Positions 27,188-37,540 of a DNA stretch of 64,000 bases are shown piece after piece. The position numbers and the translations under genes were made by a program. Location of the stretch: NCBI GenBank assembly GCA_963666425.2, contig OY762825.2, positions 1,248,001 to 1,312,000 of the forward strand, in the 5' to 3' direction. The notes beneath the pieces are model-generated. The model did no database searches. It had not been told where the DNA came from and saw nothing but the letters and a program-made list of their open reading frames with translations. Positions within the stretch are counted from its first letter, which is position 1. Each line of letters opens with the position of its first letter. This stretch comes from Bacillota bacterium (lineage in GTDB: Bacteria > Bacillota > JAAYKD01).

Positions 27188-28198
27188 CTAAATTTTCTTC
27201 TCTTGCTCAGCAGTACTCTCTTTTTTTGTTTTTTGGTCCCGGTCCGCCTTGCTTTCTGTTTCCGGTCCTGTTATTTCTGCTTTACCATTTGTTTCTTCTT
27301 TCTGTGTACCGTCTACTTCTCCCCAAAACTCATCCCAGACCCAACGCACCAGCTGATCGTAACTTTCCGGTTCTTCAGCCTCGACTTTCTCCAGCACCTG
27401 ATCGATTTTTTTCTGCAGCCAGTCAGAAATGTTAAAATCACTGTTTGTCTCTTTCGCAAGCCGAGCGATTTCATCGATATAACTGTAGAGTTTTTCCATG
27501 GAAATTTGATAATACCCCGCGATCAGCCGTAAATCGGATCTGCTGTAGTTGAGTTGATCCTCCGTGGCAGCCGGCAGGGAAACTGATACTGTCTGATACA
27601 TTTCCTGGCTGAATAGATCAGACTCGATTAATTTCTCAGCTAAGGTATTGGCGCTCCCCTTCAATTTCGTCTGCAGCGCCTGCCAGGAAAGCGTAACGAT
27701 ATCGCCTCTGCTGAAGATTTCCTGCGCTTCTAGCGCCGGCAGCAAACCCAATTGCTTTAGCAAAGGTTCGGGTTTCTGCCAATCAAAATCGCCTTCTGCA
27801 TCGGAATAGCCCAAAGCACGTAATAAAAACGTACTGTATTGATTGGGCGCAAGCAGTTGGCTGCTGCCAAATTCATGCTCTGAAATCCCATTGGTCAGTT
27901 GCAGGTTGTGCGCATAGGCCACATACGCTTGCGCCCAAGTTGGTACATCGGTAAAAGGGCAATCGATCGCACAGGCAGACGCCTCTGCTTCCCGACCAGT
28001 CAGGCGAAGCAGCATCAGGAGTCCTTCCAGGCGGGTGGGAGCCCGATCTAATTCAAAGCCTAGCTCACTGCCTTGAAACAGATTCAATTGATAGAGTGCA
28101 TCTGCTGTCTCTTGTTCCACCCGGGCAGGTTCCGCAGCCAACAGTGTAGAATGACAGCAGAGCACGAAGACGGCCAAAGCGAATACGATTTTCTTCAC
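27188..28198 (-). CDS. secreted SLH-domain protein with acidic C-terminal tail
   Basis: Signal peptide; L..L.LFQG....FELDRAPTR.E; PFTDVP.WA..YV.YA; LLRALGY. Confidence 0.82.
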   Translation of the reverse strand: MKKIVFALAVFVLCCHSTLLAAEPARVEQETADALYQLNLFQGSELGFELDRAPTRLEGLLMLLRLTGREAEASACAIDCPFTDVPTWAQAYVAYAHNLQLTNGISEHEFGSSQLLAPNQYSTFLLRALGYSDAEGDFDWQKPEPLLKQLGLLPALEAQEIFSRGDIVTLSWQALQTKLKGSANTLAEKLIESDLFSQEMYQTVSVSLPAATEDQLNYSRSDLRLIAGYYQISMEKLYSYIDEIARLAKETNSDFNISDWLQKKIDQVLEKVEAEEPESYDQLVRWVWDEFWGEVDGTQKEETNGKAEITGPETESKADRDQKTKKESTAEQEKKI

Positions 28199-28545
28199 TT
28201 GTGATCACCTCATAGAATAACGCCGGTTGGGGTTTGTCTCGCTTGTGAAAGAATACCTGGATAGTTCATCATTCAGAGTATGACATAACACGACATAGAA
28301 TGATGATTTTCACTCCTATTCGCTTTGCTGTGAAGGAAATCCTCTGTTTCATCTTTTTCTAACTATAAAATTCAACAAAATTCTTGTTATCCAGCTGTTT
28401 TTTTGTTGGATTTTCTTGGATTCCATAGAAAAAGCAAACCACAAAAAGGTTGGCAATGCAAAGCTTTTCATGCCTGTTTGTCGCAAGTTCTATTTTCCCA
28501 TTTGAATTATATTAACATATTAGATAATATATTAAAGCTCACCCC

Positions 28546-28574
28546 TTGACATATGTTAGTTTATATGTTACACT
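28546..28574 (+). promoter_or_regulatory. extended -10 sigma-A promoter of the MFS-MFS-DUF4932 operon
   Basis: TTGACA-N17-TACACT with TG at the extended position; ATATGTTA repeated twice across the spacer. Confidence 0.72.
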
Positions 28575-28631
28575 CCTGCTGACTTTCAATCGTATTCTGT
28601 ATGGAAAGAAAAAGAGGAGGCTGCTGAGACA

Positions 28632-29906
28632 ATGAATTCCGATGCACCGGTTTCGGCCACAGAAAAGAAAAAATTCTTCAATCGCAATTTCCTGCTGTTT
28701 TTACAAGCTGGGTTTTTATCCTATTTTGGTGATATCGTCTACAATTTAGCCATCAGTTACTGGATTCTGCAAACGACGGGCTCGACAGCGCTGATGGGTA
28801 CTGCAGCGGCTGTGTCTTTTCTTCCCCGTATTGTCATCTCACCGTTTGCCGGTGCTTTGGTCGATCGTTTTGACCGCAAACAGATTCTTTGCCTCGCCAC
28901 CTTGTTTCGTGGCATTTTTATGGGCCTGATTGCCTTTTTAGCTTTCCGCGATTTGTTGAGTATCCCCCTTGTGATGATCAGCGCCCTCTTGTTATCCTCT
29001 GCCGGTGCTTTTGCCGGACCGGCTGTCTCCTCCATGATTCCCGATCTGGTGGAGAAAGAAGACATTGTCAGAGCAAACTCCATCCGCAGCGCTGCCTTCT
29101 CCTTTGTTGACCTGGCCGGGAACGGCATCAGCGGTTTTATGGTCAGCTTGCTGGGGGTGCCTTTGCTGATTGCCATCAACGCAATTTCCTTTTTCTATTA
29201 CTACATTTCGCTGCTTTTTCTGCATTTACCCAAACATCTGCTGAGTGAGGCTGCCAAGGCCAAAAACATTTGGATTGATTTAAAAGAAGGGGTGCAGGTA
29301 TTTTATCAAAATGTAGGCTTGCGCATCACGATGCTGGTCTTCATGCTGGCGAACTTCTTTACAGCAGGCATCTTTAGTTTGCTGTTGGCCATGTTCTTAC
29401 AGCGTGGATTTACAGTTGAACAATATGGTATCATCATGGCCTGTATGGGCATGGGTGGTTTGATCGGCATGTTCACTGTGGCGACCTTTCGCTTCCCCAG
29501 CCGTCTTTATCCTTCTATCGTTCTCTTCTGCTTTGTCTTTATGGGCAGCTGCATGATTATCATGGTCAGCACCTATAATTTCTATTTAACCTGTGCGATG
29601 ATATGTCTGGGCATGATTGGCAACGCCATCGCCAACTCGATATTGAATTCGGTTTTTATGGTTGGCGTAGAACCAACCCAGCGCGGTAAGCTAGCCGGCG
29701 TGATGACCACCATGAGCAATAGCTTGTGTCCGGTTTCCGCCCTGATGTATGGCTTCTTAGGAGAGATTTATCCGCTATCCAATTTATTCATCATCGGCAT
29801 GCTGCTCGGCTGCGGTTCTATCTCGCTGATCTTTATCTCTCCTCAGGTACGCGATTTCATCAGCCTGAAACCGGCTGAGCCGGCAGAAATTGAAATTGCC
29901 GGATAA
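28632..29906 (+). CDS. MFS transporter (DHA3/macrolide-efflux-like)
   Basis: 12 TMs; FNRNF, W.LQTTGS, GALVDRFDRK, QRGK. Confidence 0.9.
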   Translation: MNSDAPVSATEKKKFFNRNFLLFLQAGFLSYFGDIVYNLAISYWILQTTGSTALMGTAAAVSFLPRIVISPFAGALVDRFDRKQILCLATLFRGIFMGLIAFLAFRDLLSIPLVMISALLLSSAGAFAGPAVSSMIPDLVEKEDIVRANSIRSAAFSFVDLAGNGISGFMVSLLGVPLLIAINAISFFYYYISLLFLHLPKHLLSEAAKAKNIWIDLKEGVQVFYQNVGLRITMLVFMLANFFTAGIFSLLLAMFLQRGFTVEQYGIIMACMGMGGLIGMFTVATFRFPSRLYPSIVLFCFVFMGSCMIIMVSTYNFYLTCAMICLGMIGNAIANSILNSVFMVGVEPTQRGKLAGVMTTMSNSLCPVSALMYGFLGEIYPLSNLFIIGMLLGCGSISLIFISPQVRDFISLKPAEPAEIEIAG

Positions 29907-29992
29907 AGGGAATCGGTTTTGCGCCAGAGAAAATAATCCTTAATTTGATAAATCAACCGCAATGCCTCAATTCTCAATTCTAAAACAAGGAA

Positions 29993-31287
29993 GTGACCCA
30001 GCAGATGGAAGACACAGAAGAACGGTCCGCCAATCAGCCCGGCAATTCCGCTGCTGCAGGGGAGACACGGGTCCGAAGAAAATTCTTCAACCGTGATTTT
30101 TCACTCTTCTTTCAGGCAGCCTCACTTTCTTATTTCGGTGATGTAATTTATAACCTGGCAATCAGCTATTGGGTATTGCAGACGACCGGTTCCACCGCTC
30201 TGATGGGTACAGCCATAGCAATTTCTTCTCTGCCACGTATCTTCTTGTCGCCTTACACCGGTGCTCTGGCAGACCGTTATGACCGCAAATTGATTTTCTG
30301 CAGCGCAACGCTTTTCCGTGCCGTCCTGATGTGCGGTATTGCTCTGCTTGCTTTTCAGAATCGCTTAGTTCTGCCGATCCTCTTTGTCAGCACTTTTTTG
30401 CTTTCCGCAGCCGGTTCTTTTGCTAACCCCGCGGTTGCATCCATTCTGCCGGATCTGGTAGAAAAAGAGGATGTTGTCCGGGGTATTTCTCTGAAAAGTG
30501 CCGCTTATTCTTTTGTGGATTTATCCGGTAACGGAATCAGCGGCTATTTCATCAATTGGTTCGGCATACCGATGATGATCTTGCTCAATGCCGCCTCTTT
30601 CCTGTTTTATTTTCTCTCCATGTTGTTTGTCCGCGTTCCGAAGCACCAAGTCCTTGTCGGTGCAAAACAGAAGAAAATTTGGCACGATATGAAAGACGGT
30701 ATTGCTTTTTTTATCAAAATATCGGTTTGCGTCTGACCTTGCTCTATATCATGATGGCGAATTTATTCACGATCGGGATTTTTAATCTGTTGATGGCGAT
30801 GTTTTTGCAGCAGGGTTTTAATATCGAACAATTTGGTGTGATGATGTCATTCCTGAGTTTCGGCAGTTTAATTGGTTTTTCTATTACCGGCTTTTACCTT
30901 TTTCCTACCAAATACAATCCCCTGATCATTATGGGAGGGTTCTTGCTGCTCTGCCTAAGCTATATGCTGATGCTGCTGACAAATCACTTCTATCTGATCT
31001 GCTTTCTATTATGTCTTGGCATGATTGGCAACAGCATGAGTGATTCCACCCTGGATTCCGTGCTGATGCTGGGAGTAGAAGCGCAGCAGCGCGGCAAACT
31101 ATCCGGCATCATCACCACGGTTTGTGCTGTGTTTGTTCCCATCTCCACCCTGTTCTATGGTGGTTTGGGAGAAGTGATGCCGCTTTCGACGCTTTTTTTC
31201 TTCGGCTTTTTACTCGCCGGTATCGCTACCGTGATGATTACGTTTTCACCCGCAGTTCGCGGATATCTGAGCTTATATAAAGCATAG
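29993..31287 (+). pseudogene. MFS transporter paralogue split by a 1-nt frameshift in a T7 run (30706-30712)
   Basis: ORFs 29993..30736 and 30556..31287 match the N- and C-halves of 28632..29906. Adding one T restores DMKDGIAFFYQNIG, matching DLKEGVQVFYQNVG. Confidence 0.85.
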
Positions 31288-31323
31288 AAAATCGAAAATT
31301 GTTATTGGAAGGAGATTTTCTTT

Positions 31324-32340
31324 ATGCAGGCAATTGTCAATCCTCAATTGGAATTACTATTCAGTGTTCTAGCTACCGGTTCTTATGCTGAGAAAACGCA
31401 GGCTTATTTCGGTCAAAGTCTAGTACAAAATGCTGCTTCCGCCTATCAAACTGAAATTCAATGCCTGCTGCATCCCTGGCAGGGTCATGCAATCTATCAG
31501 CAAATCGATACTATGATTGAAAAAGGATTTTGTTTTAGCAGACCGATTGAACTAATGATGGCCATCAAGGCACCACCGGAAATGCAATGGCAGTATCAGC
31601 CTTCGGAATTTTGCTTCAAACTCTGCGGTGGACGGGAGCAAGCGGAGCTTCTTCTGGAGCTCCTGCGTGACCTGGCAGTTCAGACCGACTATATGAGCCA
31701 CTTTCCGCATTTGCTTCACTACTATACCGCTGAATTAGCAACGGTTCAAGCCCATCTTGATCAGTACCCTTTGATTTCGTATATGGAAAATTTTTATGGT
31801 CTCAGACAGAATAGCTACCATTGCGTAATTTCCCATTTAATCCGTGGTAATTTTGGTATTCATTTTAAAGACAGTCAGGGAAAAATGGACTTATTCAGTG
31901 TCTTTAGCTATATCAATCCCTCTGCTTTTGCATCAAATATGCCCGTCGGTGTGCTTTCTCTCAATACCATCCTGCATGAATTCAGCCATCCTCTGGTCAA
32001 TCCGTTGACCGAGAATCATCCGGATCTAGAAAAAGCTTATGAGCCGGCTTATCAACGCTTAAAACCCTATAAGTTAGCCGGTATCGCTTCCGGTTATGGT
32101 GATTGGCAGGAATGTATCAACGAACACCTTGTCAGAGCAGTCGCTACCCACTTGGTCAAGCAACTCTGCGGTGCAGCAAAAGCGCAGCGCTGGCAGGAAC
32201 GTGACTTTCAACTGGGCTATCGCTACATGCCAGCTCTCCTGGCTCAATTGGACGATTATGAAATGCACAGACAAAAATACCCCACTTTTGCTGATTATTA
32301 TCCCAACCTGATGCGCGTATTTGCGAACGAAATGATATAA
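31324..32340 (+). CDS. DUF4932-like putative zinc metallopeptidase
   Basis: VNP..EL N-terminus, HEFSH.LVNP, YG.W....NE.LVRA, Y.TF.DYYP; GGAGA RBS. Confidence 0.75.
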   Translation: MQAIVNPQLELLFSVLATGSYAEKTQAYFGQSLVQNAASAYQTEIQCLLHPWQGHAIYQQIDTMIEKGFCFSRPIELMMAIKAPPEMQWQYQPSEFCFKLCGGREQAELLLELLRDLAVQTDYMSHFPHLLHYYTAELATVQAHLDQYPLISYMENFYGLRQNSYHCVISHLIRGNFGIHFKDSQGKMDLFSVFSYINPSAFASNMPVGVLSLNTILHEFSHPLVNPLTENHPDLEKAYEPAYQRLKPYKLAGIASGYGDWQECINEHLVRAVATHLVKQLCGAAKAQRWQERDFQLGYRYMPALLAQLDDYEMHRQKYPTFADYYPNLMRVFANEMI

Positions 32341-32346
32341 GTACAG

Positions 32347-32393
32347 AAAAAAACTTTTCGGCTACAGCCTGTGTCTGCAGCGAAAAGTTTTTT
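32347..32393. terminator. bidirectional terminator
   Basis: AAAAAACTTTTCG / CGAAAAGTTTTTT between convergent genes. Confidence 0.75.
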
Positions 32394-32400
32394 ATTTTAT

Positions 32401-33711
32401 CTATGACTGTAATTTGCCGGCAGCGCGCTTTTCTTTTTTATAAGTAGAGAAGATCACCGATGCCATCACAGCGGTGGCGAGGGCGCGAATGATCGTAGAC
32501 AACCAGAAAACAGGATTGACCTGGTTGCCCATCATCGTATAAATCTGAACACCCACCATCGGGAAAATGAATGAGACGGTCTGCACTGCCATATTGAAGA
32601 AAGCCAGATAGCTGGGCCGCATATTGGGATCGGGAGCCACTTCCAAAAGCGTATTGAACTGTGACAAGGCATATGCCCCCTGCGCCAGGCCGGTGATAAA
32701 ACAAATCAACCACATCAGCCAAAGGTTATCAACTGTGACAAAAATCTGCACCAACGGCCGGAAGATATAAAGAAAAACCGCTAAGAGGAAGACTGTTTTG
32801 CTGCCGATTCGGTCGATAATTCTGCCCCAATAGGGATAGCTCAGGGTCGTTCCCAAAGACTGCACGACGGTTGCCATGGCAATCTGCGTATTATTCAGAT
32901 GCAGGTCACGTACCTGATTCAGCGTCCACATGGAAGCAGACAAAGCGAATCCTAAATTTAAAAGAGTGGCAGCCAAAACAAAGACCAGGAAAGGCTGATC
33001 CTTGATGATGAATTTGAAGCCTTCATAGGGGTTGCTTTTGCGTACACTACTGGCCGGCGCCTCGGAGGATTTCACTTCATCGGTCCGGTTCAGAAAATTC
33101 AGAGAAGCCATAAAGGCGATGAACGACAGGCTAAAAAGCAGCGTATAATTATAGGGATAAGGAATAAAATCAAGCAGCGGACCTGCCAGCATCATACTGG
33201 CCAAAGCAAACCAACCCATCACATAGTTGCGGTCACCAAAAACACGGCCGCGATAACGGGTTGGGATAATTTCACCCATCATTTGCGTCCACATGGTGTT
33301 GACGATATTGGTAGGGAAATTCATAGCAGTCACAAGTAAAATAAAAAGCCATGCTTTATAGATCGCGGCGATTGGCAGAAATGGAATGATGGCGAAAACA
33401 AAATAACACATGCGCTGCAGCATCGCCCACTTGACCATCGCTTCTTTTTTCTTTTCGATCCGCTCCGTCATCACGGCAGCCGGAATCTGAGCTAATAAAC
33501 CCATCAAGGCCGGTCCGGACGATAAAATCGCCACCATATTTTCAGTCGATCCCAGTTTCAAGGCATAAACCGCCATAAAAGATCCGGTCAAACCAACCGC
33601 AACATTGGAAAGAGAACCGTTCAGGATACTGTATTTTACGTTGCTGCGCAGCGTCGGGTTATCTAAATAGCCGGTAAATCGGTCTGAGATTTTTTCTCGC
33701 AGGTTTATCAT
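32401..33711 (-). CDS. MFS transporter
   Basis: 12 TMs; IP.RYRGR.FG, WGR.IDRIG.K. Confidence 0.85.
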   Translation of the reverse strand: MINLREKISDRFTGYLDNPTLRSNVKYSILNGSLSNVAVGLTGSFMAVYALKLGSTENMVAILSSGPALMGLLAQIPAAVMTERIEKKKEAMVKWAMLQRMCYFVFAIIPFLPIAAIYKAWLFILLVTAMNFPTNIVNTMWTQMMGEIIPTRYRGRVFGDRNYVMGWFALASMMLAGPLLDFIPYPYNYTLLFSLSFIAFMASLNFLNRTDEVKSSEAPASSVRKSNPYEGFKFIIKDQPFLVFVLAATLLNLGFALSASMWTLNQVRDLHLNNTQIAMATVVQSLGTTLSYPYWGRIIDRIGSKTVFLLAVFLYIFRPLVQIFVTVDNLWLMWLICFITGLAQGAYALSQFNTLLEVAPDPNMRPSYLAFFNMAVQTVSFIFPMVGVQIYTMMGNQVNPVFWLSTIIRALATAVMASVIFSTYKKEKRAAGKLQS

Positions 33712-33836
33712 ACGAAAACTTCCTTTTCTGCTCATAGTAAACAAGCATTATGATTCCATTCTGTTTCGGTCTGCTTTTTCCTTCTCCTTTACAAAAAGCA
33801 GTTGGAAGCCTTTAAATTATAACGCAGCGTTATCCT

Positions 33837-33892
33837 AAAAAAAAGGCTCCCCCGCCAGCAACAGCAGAACTGTTGATGGCAAGGGAGTCTTT
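33837..33892 (-). terminator. terminator after gdhA
   Basis: Long imperfect stem GGCTCCC..GCCA.CAACAG / CTGTTG.TGGC..GGGAGTC with a T-run on the minus strand. Confidence 0.75.
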
Positions 33893-33970
33893 GATTTTAA
33901 GCATTGAGAGCAAAAAAGTATTTCGTCGTTCCAGTTTCAAACGAATGCGAGATATTTTTTTGAACGGACT

Positions 33971-35317
33971 CTAGATCAGTCCTTGAGCGATCATTGCTTC
34001 GGCAACTTTCTTGAAACCGGCAATGTTCGCACCGGCAACCAAGTCGTAACCCAAACCGCATTCTTCAGCAGCAACAGCGGAAACATCATGGATGTTCTTC
34101 ATAATGGCATGCAATTTCGCATCCACTTCTTCAGAGGTCCAGCTGTAACGCATCGAGTTCTGAGACATTTCCAAAGCGGAAACAGCTACGCCGCCGGCAT
34201 TGACAGCCTTGGACGGAGCAACAGCCAAACCGGCTTTTTGGATAAATTCCAAAGCTTCGTTGGTAGTGGGCATATTAGCAACTTCGATGTAGTACTTCAC
34301 ACCGTTATTGATAATCTGTTTGGCTTCGGTCATGCCGATTTCATTTTGGGTAGCGCTGGGCATTGCGATGTCAACTTTAACGCCCCACGGTTTTTGTTTG
34401 GCGTGGAATTCGCAGCCGAACTTGTCTGCATAATCCTGAACTTTATCACGGCCGGAAGAACGCATTGTGAGCATATAATTGATCTTTTCAGCCGTTGTGA
34501 CGCCGTCTTTGTCATAGATGTAGCCATCCGGACCGGACAGAGTTACTACTTTGCCGCCTAATTCGGCAACTTTGGTAGCAACGCCCCAGGCCACATTGCC
34601 AAAACCGGAAACAGCAACTGTCTTGCCTTTGATGGTATCGCCAAAGTGAGCCAGCACTTCTTGCAGATAATAGGTAGCACCAAAACCGGTTGCTTCCGGA
34701 CGAATCAAGGAGCCACCGTAGCTCAAACCTTTACCGGTCAGAACGCCGTTGTCCCAAGTGCCGGTAATCCGTTTATATTGGCCATAAAGGTAACCGATTT
34801 CACGACCGCCAACACCGATATCACCGGCGGGAACGTCAATGTCAGGTCCAATATGACGATACAGTTCGGTCATAAAAGCTTGGCAAAAACGCATGACTTC
34901 AGCGTCGGATTTGCCGCGGGGATCAAAGTCCGAACCGCCTTTTGCTCCGCCAATCGGCAGGCCGGTCAAACTGTTTTTAAAGGTTTGTTCAAAACCAAGG
35001 AATTTCATAATACCAACATAAACGGAAGAATGGAAGCGCAAACCGCCTTTGTAAGGTCCAATCGCGCCATTGAATTGTACACGATAACCGCGGTTTACAT
35101 TGACTTTACCGGCATCGTCTACCCAAGTTACACGGAAAGCAATCTGTCTTTCAGGTTCGACCATTCTTTCCAGTAAACCCATGGCTTCGTATTCGGGATG
35201 TTGATTAACAATGACTTCGAGACTCTTAAAGACTTCTTCCACGGTTTGGATGAATTCCGGTTCTCCGGGATTACGAGTCTTTACTTGTTCCAGAACTCTT
35301 TGCATATAAGCATTCAT
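33971..35317 (-). CDS. gdhA: NAD(P)-specific glutamate dehydrogenase
   Basis: GPYKGGLRFH, GGAKGGSDF, DVPAGDIGVG, RPEATGFG, GFGNV, NAGGVA; GAGGAGG RBS. Confidence 0.96.
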   Translation of the reverse strand: MNAYMQRVLEQVKTRNPGEPEFIQTVEEVFKSLEVIVNQHPEYEAMGLLERMVEPERQIAFRVTWVDDAGKVNVNRGYRVQFNGAIGPYKGGLRFHSSVYVGIMKFLGFEQTFKNSLTGLPIGGAKGGSDFDPRGKSDAEVMRFCQAFMTELYRHIGPDIDVPAGDIGVGGREIGYLYGQYKRITGTWDNGVLTGKGLSYGGSLIRPEATGFGATYYLQEVLAHFGDTIKGKTVAVSGFGNVAWGVATKVAELGGKVVTLSGPDGYIYDKDGVTTAEKINYMLTMRSSGRDKVQDYADKFGCEFHAKQKPWGVKVDIAMPSATQNEIGMTEAKQIINNGVKYYIEVANMPTTNEALEFIQKAGLAVAPSKAVNAGGVAVSALEMSQNSMRYSWTSEEVDAKLHAIMKNIHDVSAVAAEECGLGYDLVAGANIAGFKKVAEAMIAQGLI

Positions 35318-35781
35318 GGGAAAAAACCTCCTCTTTTCTAAATATGCAGAGCAAATACGCAGTAAAAAAAAGCCGCTACCCGCTTCTGCTTTAGTATTAT
35401 AGTATAGCAACACGAATGAAAAGTCAAGGATATAAATGTGAAGATTTTAATGGTAATGCATGAATGGTAGACTAACGTGTACAACTTGATAAAAAGATAT
35501 TATTATTTAAAATGTCACACGAATACATTAGTAATGTGATATACTATTTGTTATCATACGTTGCAGGATTTTTCTTAACTTCTCCATAGGGTGAATCGAA
35601 GCTTAGGCAGCTTTGAAAGGGGAACCCAGACAGGGCAGAAACAAAATGCAGTCATCCAGACCATTCGGTTAAAAAAGGACTTTCTTTCTATTTTGTAGAA
35701 AGTTATATATTCATTCGTTCTATTCTTAGCCATTCAATTTAAGCCATCCATCAGATGAAGTAGGAAAGCGAGGCGTTTTAT

Positions 35782-36774
35782 TTGAAAATCTTGGTGATCG
35801 GCGGCAGCAAATTTATCGGTCGGCATGTTGTGAGGGAATTACTCTATGCAGGTAATGAAGTCACTCTTTTCAATCGTGGCAATCATCCGCCAACGGAGGA
35901 GAGTGCCTCACTGCGTCAGCTTATTGGTGATCGCTTTCTGCCCGGTTCTATCCAATCTGCCATTGCTGCAGAGCATTTTGACGCGGTCGTTGATATGGTC
36001 GCTTATGATGCTCCGGAAACCAGTCTGGCGATTGAACAGCTGCGAGGTCATTGTGATCGCTATCTAATGATCAGTACCGCCTCGGTTTATGCGGAACCCA
36101 CGGCAAGTCCAATCCATGAAACAGATCCATTGATTCTGTCCGAAGACCCTCACCTCGCTTACGGACATAAAAAGGTTCTGGCCGAACAAGCCGCCTTTGC
36201 TGCCTATACCGAAACAGGGTTTCCGGTCACTGTGCTGCGCTTGCCTGCTGTCTTTGGTGAATATGATCATCAGGCGCGGGAGTGGTATTTCATCAAGCGT
36301 CTCTTGGATCAGCGTCAGCAGATGATTCTGCCGGAAGGCGGCTGCGGAGTCTATCACAGAGAATATGCAGGTAACGTTGGCGTCCAGATTGACTTTCTGC
36401 TGCGCACACCGGCTTCCAATGGGAATATCTATAACTCCGGCCATACGCATACGCCAAATTATCGGCAATTGGTCAGCCTCGCCGCAAAGCTCTGCGATCA
36501 GCCGATGACTTTCTATAGCCTACCGGCGCCGCTCTTCCCCCATATCCCGAATTTAGCCAGTCCGGTGATTTTTACCCAATCGACGGGAAAATTGGAAGCG
36601 CTCGGCTATCGGGAAAAATACAATGTCGCACAGGCGCTGCAGCGCAGCATGACTTGGTTTAGAGAAAACCCGATCACAGAATTCCTGCCGTCACAGCGCA
36701 ATCAGGCCTGCCATTTTGATTATGCCTGGGAAGATGCCATGATTGCCAGCGGCAGCGCTGTACAATTGGTTTAG
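35782..36774 (+). CDS. NAD-dependent epimerase/dehydratase (extended SDR)
   Basis: GGSKFIG, ISTASVY, YxxxK (YGHKK), LRL..VFG. Confidence 0.85.
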   Translation: MKILVIGGSKFIGRHVVRELLYAGNEVTLFNRGNHPPTEESASLRQLIGDRFLPGSIQSAIAAEHFDAVVDMVAYDAPETSLAIEQLRGHCDRYLMISTASVYAEPTASPIHETDPLILSEDPHLAYGHKKVLAEQAAFAAYTETGFPVTVLRLPAVFGEYDHQAREWYFIKRLLDQRQQMILPEGGCGVYHREYAGNVGVQIDFLLRTPASNGNIYNSGHTHTPNYRQLVSLAAKLCDQPMTFYSLPAPLFPHIPNLASPVIFTQSTGKLEALGYREKYNVAQALQRSMTWFRENPITEFLPSQRNQACHFDYAWEDAMIASGSAVQLV

Positions 36775-36847
36775 CGTTTGCTCTAAAGATCCTTACGCTC
36801 TTTAGAAGAAACACTCCCCCGAAGATACGGAAAGGCAGGTGAAAACA

Positions 36848-37456
36848 ATGAAAACTCGCTTACGTTTACTCTTACTTTTACTTTGCATGGCTGTCTTGAT
36901 CAGCGGCTGCAGCTTACAGGTGCGCCCGGTAATCCCGGCAGAGCATGGTACGATTTTTAACCCCAATTCGGATTCGCAAGGCACCCCTGTAAAAAAGACA
37001 GGCGAGAAGGAAGAGGCACCTGCCGCCGAAACACCAAATACAACAACCAGTGAGAATCCCGGCAAGGAAACCGATTCGGAACCGACAAACCCGGTTGCAG
37101 CGAGTGACAAACCCAGTCAAGCTGAAACGGATGCCGCCCGCGGGGAAACCTCCACAGGCAGTAACGCCGAAAGCGTGGATAAACCGACCGGTCCAAATGA
37201 TTTTTCGGTAAAAATCACACCGGAGCAACCCGACGGAGACGGTGAAGTTCTGCTAACTGTTACCGGACCAGCCAATACACCCTATACGGCTACCTTCCAA
37301 TTCAGGACACGCAGTTCGGTGCTCAAGGGCTACTGCGGTTCTCCTTTTACTGTTGTTTTAGGCGGAGCAACCGCAGGTTATAAAGTGGCAGTGGAAGTCA
37401 GCGCGCTGATCAATGGCAAATTAGCCAAAGTCACGACTTCTTTTACACCCAAATAG
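36848..37456 (+). CDS. lipoprotein with low-complexity linker and small beta-rich C-terminal domain
   Basis: Lipobox ISGC after a basic and hydrophobic leader; T/E/S/P-rich linker. Confidence 0.75.
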   Translation: MKTRLRLLLLLLCMAVLISGCSLQVRPVIPAEHGTIFNPNSDSQGTPVKKTGEKEEAPAAETPNTTTSENPGKETDSEPTNPVAASDKPSQAETDAARGETSTGSNAESVDKPTGPNDFSVKITPEQPDGDGEVLLTVTGPANTPYTATFQFRTRSSVLKGYCGSPFTVVLGGATAGYKVAVEVSALINGKLAKVTTSFTPK

Positions 37457-37492
37457 ACCGTTCGCTTCTCGACCATCGTTGACCCACCTGAC

Positions 37493-37531
37493 AAAAAAAA
37501 CAGATTCGGTTTGACCGGATCTGTTTTTTTT
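37493..37531. terminator. bidirectional terminator
   Basis: A8-CAGATTCGGT / ACCGGATCTG-T8. Confidence 0.88.
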
Positions 37532-37540
37532 AGGTTACTC

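Noticed and set aside
33983-35176. Long antisense ORFs opposite gdhA (similar ones lie opposite secA, anmK and glpX)
   Set aside because: Shadow frames of genes with strong codon bias; no RBS or motifs.
35585-35660. GGGTGAATC...GGGGAACC segment resembling the start of a c-di-AMP (ydaO) riboswitch
   Set aside because: The downstream conserved elements (second GAAT/GTAGGG arm, CCCG.CAGCTAAC) are not visible. An Rfam scan would be needed.
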